Source: Octopus bimaculoides (taxonomy: Eukaryota). From it: 64,000 nt of DNA. This document shows, piece by piece, positions 1 through 12,342 of this stretch. The stretch covers positions 94,440,162 to 94,504,161 of the forward strand of contig NC_068989.1 in assembly GCF_001194135.2 (NCBI RefSeq), written 5' to 3'. Numbering within the stretch: position 1 is the stretch's first letter; every line of letters begins with the position of its first letter. Position numbers and translations under genes: made by a program. The notes under the pieces are model-generated. The model worked only from the letters and a program-made list of their open reading frames with translations. It searched no databases and was not told the origin of the DNA.

Positions 1-187
1 AGACAATAGCTAACTCGTTATGAGACAATAGCCAACTCGTTATGAGACAATAGCCAACTCGTTATGAGACAATAGCCAACTCGTTATGAGACAATAGCCA
101 ACTCGTTATGAGACAAAAGCCAACTCGTTATGAGACAATAGCCAACTCGTTATGAGACAATAGCCAACTCGTTATGAGACAATAGCC
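1..187. repeat. 22-bp minisatellite (AGACAATAGCCAACTCGTTATG) x ~8.5, cut by the window start
   Basis: Units start at 1, 23, 45, 67, 89, 111, 133, 155 and 177 (partial); only two substitutions seen among them. Confidence 0.97.
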
Positions 188-299
188 GAAAGTAGTCAGT
201 CACGAAGGCTATCTTGACAATAGTTTATCCCGTTGCTCTTGTTTATTAACAATGAATGACTTGGTAAGAATTTAGATGGAATACCAGCGTTTCATAGAA

Positions 300-390
300 C
301 AGTCCTTGATTACACAAATATTCCAGTGGGGCAATGTAATTTGGTTTGGCAGAATAGTTAGAATGCCGAACAAACTACGATCTGGAATAT
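300..390 (+). mobile_element. Possible degenerate LINE (RTE/L2-type) fragment from the region after the RT domain
   Basis: Reads LITQIFQWGNVIWFGRIVRMPNKL, resembling the LRWxGHxxRMP motif of RTE/L2 ORF2; short and diverged. Confidence 0.3.
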
Positions 391-2690
391 CCTCCGGCTT
401 TTTATACATTCTGATTTCAAATTCAGCCGAGATCAAATTTACTTCAAGCGTTTCTTGTTGGATAAGATAAAATATCAATCAAGTGCAATGTACATGTAAT
501 CGATTATCTACTTCTCCTAACACCTAACGACTTTGTCCTATATTAGGATTAATATTTTTAGGTACAAATTTCGCTCCTTGACATAAATCATATTTTATAT
601 TTATGAGGAACGAGGAAGACTGTATGTTTGATAATTCAAATACTGAAAGAATTGAAGTTAACGTTAACCTGTCATTCTCGTATTGCGGCACTCAATCCAA
701 AGCTGACATCCTGCTCCTATCAACTAAAAACATAAAACAAAAGGATCGACTCCAAGCCCAACCATGATGAGAACGAGCAACAAAAATATATTTAATTGTA
801 TGCTCATCTATGTTGTAAAAAAGAATCAAGTTGCTCTTTCAATAATCTCTCCCTCATACTTTATGTAACGGTTCAGTATTTTCAATAACATTTTGTTTCA
901 CAAAATAGTTTAAGGGGCAATTTAAGAGCAGTGATGCTTCCTTTAGGTTTTAGTTTTGCGCAGCTGATATTAAACGTTTTGGCACGTTCAGTTTGTCTCC
1001 ACAAAACGTTGTACGGTAAATACAAGGTAGAGTCAGATGTAACCTAGCATCTACGTACAAATATGTGTGAGAATGTGCTATGGCCACATACATAAATAGT
1101 GTGAGTAATATATATAGGTACATATATATATATATNNNNNNNNNNNNNNNNNNNNNNNNNNNNNNNNNNNNNNNNNNNNNNNNNNNNNNNNNNNNNNNNN
1201 NNNNNNNNNNNNNNNNNNNNNNNNNNNNNNNNNNNNNNNNNNNNNNNNNNNNNNNNNNNNNNNNNNNNNNNNNNNNNNNNNNNNNNNNNNNNNNNNNNNN
1301 NNNNNNNNNNNNNNNNNNNNNNNNNNNNNNNNNNNNNNNNNNNNNNNNNNNNNNNNNNNNNNNNNNNNNNNNNNNNNNNNNNNNNNNNNNNNNNNNNNNN
1401 NNNNNNNNNNNNNNNNNNNNNNNNNNNNNNNNNNNNNNNNNNNNNNNNNNNNNNNNNNNNNNNNNNNNNNNNNNNNNNNNNNNNNNNNNNNNNNNNNNNN
1501 NNNNNNNNNNNNNNNNNNNNNNNNNNNNNNNNNNNNNNNNNNNNNNNNNNNNNNNNNNNNNNNNNNAGAGAGAAAGAGATAGATTGATAGATATATTTAC
1601 GTATACATACATATATAAATACTTCTATACATAAACTTGTATACATTATTATGTAAATATTCATATATTAATAGTGTACGCATGAATACCTATGCTCAAA
1701 AACATACACGCATGCGCACATACACACATATTCAGTTGTGGTCACGTGTATTAATCACTTTTTGTTTCTATTTATGGCTCTACATGATCATCGTCATGTT
1801 TGAAACACCGCTTTCTTCAGAATGACAACTCGAATTTAAAAATAATCCTGTTAACGCTGATTAATTCCACAATGAATATTCTATCGATACAGTTGGATCT
1901 GCGATGATGTATTATTCACATTATTCACCCTATAACCCCTAACATTGGAGGTAAAATAACACTAAATATTTTAAATCATTAAATCGACATTCACTTCTCT
2001 TTGTGTTTCTTTTCGATTATCAGAAATACTGCTAAAATTATCGACAGATAAATGGGAGAAGGTAATAGCGAAAATATACAGCGGACAAGTAAACGAAAGA
2101 GCAAAGGAAAGGGAGTGAGAAGCGAGAGCGGGAAGGGAAGTGGGAAGAAAGAGGGGGAGATAGAGGGGAGTAAGAGTGAAGAGAAAACAGATACCAATTA
2201 GCAGAAATAAAATAATCATTTTAGATTATAAGGTTAACAAAGAAAACCTCACGTCTGTATCTTGGACTTCAGTTTTTATAAATTTCTTTTAAATACAAAT
2301 GTCCTTAGGGACTTTATCAATCAAAATGTTACTACTGCTCGCTACAATGTGCAATATTCTTATGACAATGAATGTTATTTAGTCCATTGCTGGAAAGTAA
2401 AAAGCACACTCTTTTTTATATTTGTAAACTCGAATTCCGTTTTAAGCAGATTTCTAAATGACTAAAATGGGTACACCGAAATAGGAGAATAAAAACAGCT
2501 GATGCCCCACCCTGCAACAGCAAATACACGTTTTCTCTCAACATAGGCAGGCACATATATACCAATAAATGTAAGTATTTATGATTGCATATACGCAGAA
2601 ATATACGTATGAAGCAAACTATGTAAGCACATAAACGCACAAATAAGCATGCACATAAACATTCTAGAATTTTAAACTCAGCAGCATCTT

Positions 2691-2736
<46 letters not shown>

Positions 2737-2794
2737 CACAGAGAGAGAGACAGAGAGAGAGACAGAGAGAGAAGTAGATATATACATATTATGA

Positions 2795-3005
2795 TATATA
2801 CATTATTATGATTGACCGTTGACTGAACACTATTCAATTTTTTTTCTCCGTGTTTTTCTCCTTGTCTCCGTATTCTTTCTGTTGAAGAGCGTAGCTCGAA
2901 ACGTCAAAGACTTTCCGTATTCCCGAGCGTCATACTAATATATACTTTTGTTATTTACACCACCTGTCCTCGTCTGTTGTTATCTTTTGTATATTCTCCT
3001 AGATA
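2795..3005 (+). mobile_element. Non-autonomous PLE-like repeat (family A) carrying an HHR-like motif
   Basis: About 90% identical by eye over ~160 bp to the inverted copy at 61175-61337; flanked by (TA)n-type microsatellite. Confidence 0.75.
2874..2910 (+). ncRNA. Minimal type I hammerhead-like motif with variant core (CUGUUGA)
   Basis: TCTTT-CTGTTGA-A-GAGC-GTA-GCTC-GAAAC-GTC-AAAGA: 5-bp stem I, 4-bp stem II, palindromic ACGT stem III, GUC triplet; core A6 is replaced by U. Confidence 0.6.
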
Positions 3006-4071
3006 TATACATACACAACCGTATAATTGTCTCTCCATTTGAAGAGATTTTGATTTTGTATTATTTTTTTAAATGTGGATACTTTGCATGGAGTTAGAAG
3101 AGTAATCTGTGTGGATCTGATAATTGCACAAATGCTTATGTAAACACCATTCCAGGCATTCTGAATCATTGCAAATACATAAAGTATCTTATATCTGTTT
3201 GACTTTGCTCCAGTCTCATGTGATTCCTTTTATTCCATTCCGATATTCCAATAAACCGCTTTGCTCTTTTGTAATACAGTCTTCAGCCTATATCTGCCAT
3301 ATATTACCACAAATTCGATTCTCTTTACCTATGTCTAAATAATATATACAATAACCTTGTCTCACTTTTATTTGTTATTTCTCCAATATTCATATTTCCC
3401 GTTTCCTGTCTTCCATATTTCCTACGCATATATTTTCTTTTTTAACATATATTACAGACTTTCTCTACCTGTTTCAATTTAGAATTTATATAACCAGATT
3501 ATTTTGATGTAATTTAAATTCTCAAGTCAAATTTTATCCAAGTAATTGCAGAATGGCGCCGTACATTTTGAGCTGCGTCGCTTGATTACCACGAATGTGT
3601 GTTGCCCTTTTTTTTTCTTTTTTTTTTTGCTACATGTTTTTATCAAACGAAAAAAATTGCAAATATGAATAATACGTTGTATGATGTTTTTATCTTATCA
3701 TAATTTCCTGAAGCCACACTTTATTTCGTTATCAATTCAAAGATGTTCAAATTATATATCCGAAAAAAACATGTTCAACAACACGGTTCTCTATCTTACT
3801 CGATTATTTTCAATTATTAGAAAAATATCTTCCTTTGGCAAAGAGTATAAAATATGTGTTTTGTAATTATTCAGAGTGGGATTTGCAACGTGGAACGGAT
3901 AAGACACATCACAATTTCCAAATCGTTACACACATGATGTGCTTATATTTTTTTATCAACTGAGCTTTGAATAATAACTAATGCACATGGGCGATTCAGC
4001 TTCCCAACACTGGTAATTAAGACTAGTGACGTTAACATTCTACTTAAATTGTCGTTTGTTGTACCCTGTAG

Positions 4072-4193
4072 GGAAAATCTGTGTTGGAGAATGAAGAGGA
4101 ATGTCTGTGATGTACGATGGTACGAGAGCAGCTAGCACAGAGGAGAATTAACCGTTATGATACCGATTGAAATGGCAGAGAAAGGAGAAAGCA
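4072..4193 (+). other. Candidate exon, mostly non-coding, possibly ending in a start (ATG GCA GAG AAA GGA GAA AGC AG)
   Basis: Acceptor tttgttgtaccctgtAG and donor CAG|GTATGT; stops in all three frames early on; gaaATGG Kozak-like context near the 3' end. Confidence 0.25.
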
Positions 4194-4825
4194 GGTATGT
4201 TGGTTGGAAATTATAGCATACCTGTGATTGATGCTATGCCAAACAATCTAGATGCAGTGTAGGATATCAGTCCAAGCATCAGCAACGACCCTCCACATAA
4301 ATGTGAACAATACTCAATTGTGGAGACTGAAATATTTTCCGTCTTTCACGAGCAGGGGCTCACTTTGAGATATGATCCTAACTGCGTTAAGGCTCTACTT
4401 TCGCTCTGTGAAATTCTGTTATAGTTTGGCTTCAGATTTATTAACGGTGCCAGTAATAAAATGTATTTTTATTATTATTAATATTAATTTTGACATTCAG
4501 GAAATATTTTCTCCGGTATGACATCATTGCACCTTATTAAATGCTTGAAATCGTTTTTAGCTAAAAACACCAAATGATTAATTAGGATGAAATCGTTGAT
4601 TAACAAAGCTTCCCATTGGCATAAAGATGTCCTTTCACCTCACCTTGACATTTCTATTGATATTACAATTACATCCGCTCCTTGTCGCTGAGTTGTTGTA
4701 TGGATGGCTGTTTAGATGGATAGCTGGTTGGCGGGTTGGCTGACTAACTGGTTGGTTGGTAGCTTGCTATCTCCAGTTAAATGCAACCGACTCTCTCATT
4801 TTCCTCATCTCCCGTAACCACTGTT

Positions 4826-5095
4826 TTATCTACCTTTTCCGAATGCACATCCAGCTATCTTCCTAATGCTACCTCCATTGTAAATTACCTGGAATGTTTT
4901 AAATTTACTTATTTTGCAGTCTTCTAGAACATCAACAGAATTTCTCTCAATCGACTCTGAAGGACTGAAAATTCCGTCTACACAAATCCTTACCAAACAT
5001 TCAAAATTTAGTTTTTTAATACAATGTGAGCATGTTATGATCGGTCTCTCAGTATCTGCAAAGGCCACACTCGTGGACCCGTAATCCAGTGCAAA
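4826..5095 (-). other. Unassigned Cys-containing ORF (FALDYGSTSVAFADTERPIITCSHC...IRKIAGCAFGKGR)
   Basis: About 89 open codons on the minus strand, with the antisense frame also open for 54 codons; family not resolved. Confidence 0.2.
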
Positions 5096-5414
5096 TCATC
5101 GATCGAAACGAAGAAACTTGGCTTCAAATGGAAATCGTTTTAATAAGATTATGAGTGGTTTAAATGTTGATAGCTTCGCCAAGATTTTGTATCTGGGATG
5201 CACCGAATAGCAGAATAAAACAAATAGTCACGGAGACGATGGTGAAAGATGTAAATTTTGCGTATCATGGCTGCTTTCTTGTTTGTTTTATTGGGTAGTG
5301 GATATACTTTGATCATGTTTATACGAAACAATATGAAATAAAGAATATGACGTGATATTCCGATGAGAAAATTTGGAAAGAATTCAATAAATATAGTGAT
5401 GCAGTAACGAAATC

Positions 5415-5602
5415 ATAATCATCATTATCGTTATCCTCATCATCATTATCATCATCATCGTCATCATCAGTATCATCACGCTCACCACAACCACCACCAC
5501 CAGAAACGATGCCGCCACTGACACCACCCTTACCGCCGTTCTGCCGCCACCGCCATCGACACCCCATCATCATCACTACTACTACTACTGCTGCTGCTGC
5601 TT

Positions 5603-5664
<62 letters not shown>
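5415..5664. repeat. Compound trinucleotide microsatellite (ATC)n/(ACC,CCG)n/(CTG)n/(ACT)n
   Basis: Directly visible; explains the poly-D/G and poly-T/P ORFs in the track. Confidence 0.95.
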
Positions 5665-5665
<1 letters not shown>

Positions 5666-5964
5666 TTTATCACAGATTTTGCTGCAACTCTAGGAGTCTT
5701 GCATGCTTAGCGGGCTTGCTGCCTGTAGTTTACGGTACCATGTTATCCGTTTCTTTCAGCTATCTAATACTTAACTGATTATTCTGGCTGTGCCAAGGAG
5801 GCAAAACCTTTGTAACAGTTCTACTCGGCACTCTTCCAATTTCTTTGATATTCCACTTGACGCCTTCTGATACTGTTCTCAAGAATCCAACAATGATTGG
5901 CACTATCTTCACCTTCTTCATTTTTCATAGCCGAGCTATTTCGTAATTTGTCTTTTACAGCAAG

Positions 5965-6140
5965 ACAAAACATGTACGAAGTTTGATCAATAAGCATCCA
6001 GAATATTGCCATAGTAACGAAGCTAAAGCACATAGATTAAAGCTGCTTGGAAAAGATTGACCTTGAACTCCGTTGTGTATCTTTTAACGCCCTAGCTTAC
6101 ATCTGCTGTTTACAGCAATGCTTGGAAAGAGTGATTGTTG
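5965..6140 (+). mobile_element. Degenerate Tc1-like transposase C-terminal fragment
   Basis: Frameshifted pieces LINKHP / IKAAWKRL / CLERVIVA resemble Tc1-family C-termini (NKHPHNT..LKAAIxxAW...RLEAVI). Confidence 0.35.
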
Positions 6141-6165
6141 CATTGACCATGACCGAGAAAGTTTT

Positions 6166-6507
6166 CATGGCGATACTTCCTCAGAGGCCTATGCAAAGTT
6201 GCAGAAATTGTATGGAGAGAAATGTAAGAGCCACACGCAAGTCTACGAGTGGTTAAGACATTTCCAAGATGGCCGAAAAATGTCGATACCACCAGCAGAA
6301 TTGAGAAAACCATCACAGATGTGCGTGCAGCTGTGAAGAGGAATCGTCGAATCACCACCCGTGAGTTATCAGAGGATATGCAGGTTAGTTACGGTTCAGT
6401 TCATTACAACTGAAGATTGGGGTACGAGACGCCTGTCCGCCAAGTTTGTGCCCGAAGTGCTTTCAGTTGTCCAGAAAAACACTCGGGTTTCAGTTGCACA
6501 AGATCTC
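6166..6507 (+). mobile_element. Mariner transposase fragment (HTH + linker), 5'-truncated and frameshifted
   Basis: GDTSSEAYAKLQKLYGEKCKSHTQVYEWLRHFQDGRK ... VRAAVKRNRRITTRELSEDMQVSYGSV ... RRLSAKFVPEVLSVVQKNTRVSVAQDL; FVPEVL corresponds to the mariner WVPHEL linker. Confidence 0.9.
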
Positions 6508-6778
6508 TTTGTGTTGGCTTCTGAGCAGGCAGCGCCAAGCGTTTGGCAAAATTTTATGCAGATTCTCAGCACAATCTTTTCCTTCATGTTCAATGCGACG
6601 ATCACACACTACGTACCTTCCTTCTAAGCACTTCCTTAAACATGGAAACTGAGCCAGATCGTTAAAACTTAGTGCGCATGCCCAGCAGAGTTCAAGGTCA
6701 ATCTGTACGTAGCGGCTTTACTCTGCATTCATTTCATTCATTATGGAAACAGTCCGGATACTTATTGATCAGACCACG
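6508..6778 (-). mobile_element. Mariner 5' end: TIR, leader and first ~27 codons
   Basis: Minus strand begins CGTGGTCTGATCAATAAGTATCCGGACTG (mariner-type TIR, 6778-6750); ATG at 6587 gives MKEKIVLRICIKFCQTLGAACSEANTK. Confidence 0.85.
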
Positions 6779-6904
6779 GGGATGATAACACTTCCAATCA
6801 GTTAAGATCAGAAGCCATGTATTATTATTCAGTAGTCTTATTTTTACCACGTGCTCTCACTGCACAACACTGCATAACTGTGTGAGGCTTGAGTATGTGC
6901 TGTG

Positions 6905-6906
6905 GT

Positions 6907-6940
<34 letters not shown>

Positions 6941-7105
6941 GGTAGTGGTGGTGGTGGTGGTAGAAGTAGTAGCATTAGTATCTGCAACAGCAGCAGTAGT
7001 AGCAGCAGCAGCAGCAGTGGTGGTAGCAGTAGTAGTATTAGTAGTAGTAGTAGTAGTAGTAGTAGTATTGGTAGTAGTGGGAGTTGCAGCAGCAGCTGCT
7101 GCTAG
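6905..7105. repeat. Compound trinucleotide microsatellite (TTG)(GTG)(GCA)(GTA)
   Basis: Directly visible. Confidence 0.95.
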
Positions 7106-7797
7106 CGCTGTGGTATCAGTGTTAATTGTTGTCAGTTTTAATCACTCTCCAGCCTCTGTAGTCATCGTATTGAATCAAAGTTAGAGCCGAGACAATTGAA
7201 AGGCCTTTATTACTTTTAAAGCAATGACAAGAAATGTCGCTCGTATTAGTTATTATAAGTAATGCTTCATGAATGAGAAATTATAGATTATTTCTCTAGT
7301 CATTTGACTCGCCTGCCAACATCTATTTCATCTCTTGCTGTTATCTTATAGAGATTCTAACCTTTACATCAATTCCTTATTAATTATCCACTCAACTGGA
7401 AATTTCACATGGCAAGTTAGATTAAATCTTCATTAATTGGAAACGTTTAATCACACTTTATTTAGCAGTTATGCTGATTGCATGAGCAAGTGATGATAAC
7501 CACAACCATTTTCACGCATAACTGACTCATCGGTGTTTGGAATCTAGTTGTACAGTTATGCAGCTTAGCTAATAGTCGATAGCATTCATGTTTGTATAGA
7601 TTTTTCACATCGAATGACGCACGAAATAAACGCATGTAGCCAGCGACTTTATTGCTACTGTGCATTCGATTTGTACAATTGCCTTTTTCTTGATAATTAG
7701 CAATCATTTTGGTGAAATAATTCTGCATAAATGAAATCACAATGTCTCCATCTCGCTCTTTCGTATGTGCACACATGTATATATATANNNNNNNNNN

Positions 7798-7890
7798 TAG
7801 ACTGCGGCCTTGCAGAGGCTCGGTCTTCAAGAATTTTAGTCGAACGAACTGACCCTCTCTTTATTTTATAAGTCTGGTATTTTTTCTATT
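7798..7890 (-). mobile_element. 3' fragment of the dominant octopus-type SINE (family 1)
   Basis: gactgcggcc...ttttagtcgaac matches the tail seen in the full copies at 25231-25690, 26375-26926 and 39180-39620. Confidence 0.7.
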
Positions 7891-7915
7891 TAAGTTTAGC
7901 ATTTATTTGTGAAAC

Positions 7916-8246
7916 GGACATGGCTCAGTGGTTAGAGCCTCGAACTTACGACCGTGAGGTTGTGAGTTCGAATCTTGGACCGGGCTGCGTGTTGTGTCCA
8001 TGACCAATACACTTTATTTCACGTTGCTGCAGTTCCCTCAGCTGTAGAAATGAGATGCGACGTCACTGGTGCCAATCTGTATCGGCCCCTTTGCCCTTCC
8101 CTTGGATAACATTGGTGGCATGGAGAGGAGAGGCTGGTATGCATGGACGACCGCTGGTCTTCCATAAACAATCTTGCCTGCATTTGTGCCTTGGAGGGTA
8201 ACTTTCTAGGTGCAATCCCATGGTCATGCGTCACCGACGTGGGTAT
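7916..8246 (+). mobile_element. tRNA-derived CORE-type SINE, near full length
   Basis: A box TGGCTCAGTGG, B box GAGTTCGAATC, then CORE-like tgtccatgaccaatacacttt...cagttccctcagctgtagaaatgag. Confidence 0.85.
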
Positions 8247-9021
8247 CCGAGTATTTATTCTATCGGTCACTTTTGCCGAACCGCTATCACGTGTGTGTGT
8301 AGTATTCGTATGCTCGCAAATGACTTATTGTATGCACATTTATAATATATTTCTCAATATTTCACAATAATCAGAAAAAAGATCGTATCTTACGAATGTT
8401 ATGCGACATTACGTTTTGAAACATTTCCATATAAAACGAATAAATTATATTATCTTCTGATACTAATTACAGAAACACGACGACTTGCATTGGAGAAATA
8501 TTAGCTTTGTTTAAAAACCCCTATTTTAAATTAAAAAATTCACTGGTTCAACATCTTTATTATGGATATTCAAGTTTTCTAGCATACCACTTTAATATAA
8601 AATCGTGTTGGTAATCGTCCATCTTTATCTCGAATTTTCCTGTTCCTATCAGCGAAATGTCATAGTGTTAAATATGAGGGATTATGAAAGGAATAATTGA
8701 AGCATTCTCATAGAAATCTTGCTCTTTCTTTCTTTTTTTTTTTCAAAGTATATACTGTGAAAATACTGACATTTCTGTATTTCAGAAAGTTATTGTTGTC
8801 TCAGAAAGTATAGTTTAATTGCTGCACATATTTAAATTGTAATCAACTTTGATAAACCAACCACATTGATATATTCAATGAAGCATATTTGAATGTAAAC
8901 TTTCATGGGAAGCCATGAACATGTTGCTTGAAGGAAAGTAAATACTTTCAATTACGGAAACGAGATTCTATCCTCATAGGTTTATATATGTGAAATGTAT
9001 AAGACATGCATATACATACAT

Positions 9022-9241
9022 AGGCACCGGCGTGGGTGTGCAGATAAGCGCAGGTTCATTAGTAGGAAGCTTGCTTCCAAACCACGTGGTTTCGGGTTCG
9101 GTTCCCCTGCAGAGCACCTTGGGGAACTTTCTTCTACAATATCCTCTGGCCTATCAAACCGTGCGAGTGGATTTGGTAGACAAAGAAGCCCATTGTGCAT
9201 ATAAATAAATAAAAACATACATACATACATATATATATATA
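9022..9241 (+). mobile_element. Family 1 SINE 5' half, running into a (TA)n-flanked gap
   Basis: gcttgcttccaaaccacgtggtttcgggttcggttccc...gagtggatttggtagacaaagaagccc. Confidence 0.85.
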
Positions 9242-10125
9242 NNNNNNNNNNNNNNNNNNNNNNNNNNNNNNNNNNNNNNNNNNNNNNNNNNNNNNNNNNN
9301 NNNNNNNNNNNNNNNNNNNNNNNNNNNNNNNNNNNNNNNNNNNNNNNNNNNNNNNNNNNNNNNNNNNNNNNNNNNNNNNNNNNNNNNNNNNNNNNNNNNN
9401 NNNNNNNNNNNNNNNNNNNNNNNNNNNNNNNNNNNNNNNNNNNNNNNNNNNNNNNNNNNNNNNNNNNNNNNNNNNNNNNNNNNNNNNNNNNNNNNNNNNN
9501 NNNNNNNNNNNNNNNNNNNNNNNNNNNNNNNNNNNNNNNNNNNNNNNNNNNNNNNNNNNNNNNNNNNNNNNNNNNNNNNNNNNNNNNNNNNNNNNNNNNN
9601 NNNNNNNNNNNNNNNNNNNNNNNNNNNNNNNNNNNNNNNNNNNNNNNNNNNNNNNNNNNNNNNNNNNNNNNNNNNNNNNNNNNNNNNNNNNNNNNNNNNN
9701 NNNNNNNNNNNNNNNNNNNNNNNNNNNNNNNNNNNNNNNNNNNNNNNNNNNNNNNNNNNNNNNNNNNNNNNNNNNNNNNNNNNNNNNNNNNNNNNNNNNN
9801 NNNNNNNNNNNNNNNNNNNNNNNNNNNNNNNNNNNNNNNNNNNNNNNNNNNNNNNNNNNNNNNNNNNNNNNNNNNNNNNNNNNNNNNNNNNNNNNNNNNN
9901 NNNNNNNNNNNNNNNNNNNNNNNNNNNNNNNNNNNNNNNNNNNNNNNNNNNNNNNNNNNNNNNNNNNNNNNNNNNNNNNNNNNNNNNNNNNNNNNNNNNN
10001 NNNNNNNNNNNNNNNNNNNNNNNNNNNNNNNNNNNNNNNNNNNNNNNNNNNNNNNNNNNNNNNNNNNNNNNNNNNNNNNNNNNNNNNNNNNNNNNNNNNN
10101 NNNNNNNNNNNNNNNNNNATATATA

Positions 10126-10127
<2 letters not shown>

Positions 10128-10177
<50 letters not shown>
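10128..10177. repeat. (ATT)n microsatellite
   Basis: Directly visible. Confidence 0.95.
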
Positions 10178-10178
<1 letters not shown>

Positions 10179-10587
10179 GGACACCGATTGACCAGGGTGC
10201 TTTGATTTAAGTAATCGAATTTTTACAATGAAATCGATTTGCAGAATATGAATAAATAAGGAAATTATTGTGCTTATATTGTTCTTCCTCTATTATCCAT
10301 GAATGTATGCTGTCTTCGTCGAAGAATTTACTAATTACTTTACGGATACTTTCAATGCGAAAATTATAACGTGCCTGGTGTGTGACAGGACGCTTTCTGT
10401 AGCAACTTTACAATTCCAATTTTATTGACTACCCTCATTATATATAAAAACAAAAATAGAAGCAGAAGAAAAGAAAATATGATCTGGTAGAATCCCTTGT
10501 TTAAAACATATTTTATAGAATATATCGCGCAACATTTTCTCATCTTAGCGTTTCAAGTGGATTCTGCATTTTTCTTTTATATCTGAA

Positions 10588-10824
10588 TGTCCGCCTATCT
10601 CTTTCACTGTACGCCACACACAATCTTTTTCATTTACTGTTATATCGTACGTGCGGATGACCTCTACTCGACTCTTACTTCCGACGATTCGACTCTACCG
10701 AATTCAACGTCGAGTCTACCGACGGCTCCGTCTCGCTCTTCCGCTCTCGCGCTCTGCTCGTCGCTTTTCGTCAAGCTATTTATACGTATTGGGCTAGCCT
10801 ACTTATCGCCTGGGGGCGTCCACA
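10588..10824 (-). mobile_element. Probable solo LTR (237 bp)
   Basis: Minus strand starts TGTGGACGCC and ends GGCGGACA (TG...CA); CCAAT followed by TATAAATAG near the 5' end; sharply GC-richer than flanks. No TSD found. Confidence 0.45.
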
Positions 10825-11825
10825 CAACATTTACCTACCTCTTTTTCAGCGAACCTTTCGGAGCTATTGAAGAAGGCACTTGTTCGAGGACGAAACCAGC
10901 AACCATGTAGTTGTAAAGCAAACTTTTTACTTTACAGGCACAGCTGCGCCTACATTTTATTTGATCAAGAGTCCCAAGCATGGAAATATAAAGAGAAATA
11001 CATACACCACATTTTAGAGAGATGCGAATGGATGTTAACAGGTAAAATAACACAAGAACTACATAATGTGATACCTAGAGAATATAGTCTTCCAGATGGG
11101 ATATCTCTGAAGATGTCCATTCTCTAACCCCTTACATTCTAGTCTCGTATCACTAAATCATAGTTACACTTATATAACTAGACACTTTTCAGTTTTTAAT
11201 TCCATGCTTGTGAATATTAGTTCTGTCTATGTTGGCGAGTTTGTTACTATATTCTGATTGGCATTTTTAATGATTTAAACGATCACAAAGCTTTTCATCC
11301 ATATGCAAGATAGGTAGAAATCTCGTTTATCTTATGATTTTCCGTGAATTTTTTATAATTATATTCGAAACAATTTCCACTAATTTATAATCATTTACAT
11401 CTGCTTCGTGAGCGAAGGACAAAAGGTCCTAGACAAAGTCAAGCAAGGTTCTATCCACTGGCACGAATATTGAAGCAGAAATTACCATTATTTAGATTGC
11501 TCAAGATATCAGTGAGTCGGTTCCATGGAAATTTATGTAAAAACACGAAACGGAAAAAATGACATATAAGCTAGTAAATATACAAATAGCTAGAAACGTA
11601 GATCATATGGCAATGAATGGAATATAATGCGGTGATTAATATTCTGGAGAGACATACCTAGCGATCAAACGAGTCTATATTCGTGATGTACAACATGTTA
11701 GGTGCCTTCATGACCATATTTGCGTGTATATACATGTGTGTGGAGGGAGAATGAGTGTTTTACATAAACCTACATATATACACACCAGACACACAAAAAC
11801 GCACGCATATCTATTTATCTACCTA

Positions 11826-11906
11826 TCTACACACACACACACACACCATACACACAACCACACGCCAAAACACGCCACACAAACACACACATACATACAC
11901 ACACAG

Positions 11907-11959
<53 letters not shown>

Positions 11960-11970
11960 TATATATATAT
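11826..11970. repeat. Interrupted (CA)n microsatellite
   Basis: Directly visible. Confidence 0.95.
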
Positions 11971-12342
11971 CGGTAATATTATGGAAATATCTAGCATGAC
12001 TTCACTAAGAATATCTACTTGTAATGATGTATTAGACAGTAACATTTATAGCAGTGGATTCGAATAGACTCGTGATGATAATCTTCAAATCAAAGTTGCA
12101 TGGCAATTACATCCTGCTGCGATTTAGTATGAAAGAAGTATGAAAAATTATTCCCATTTGAAGTTAGATGGATTTCGTAAACTATGTCCACTGCAAGTCA
12201 GGAAGCATTATGTAAATATAAGTAAAACAGAACTAATGTTCGTTGTGCTGGACATGCAGAGAATATATGCATTGCATTTCTCACTGTCCGCTTTCAAAGT
12301 TTTTACTTACTAGGTTACCACATAGAAAACGCAAAATATTCA

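Noticed and set aside
1-187. CRISPR array
   Set aside because: Contiguous tandem units with no unique spacers, in a eukaryotic context with no cas genes.
4100-4180. RT-like peptide MYDGTRAA
   Set aside because: Too short, with no downstream VRQG/YADD motifs.
10866-10900. HHR-like TTGAAGA...GAAAC
   Set aside because: No pairable stem I or stem II.
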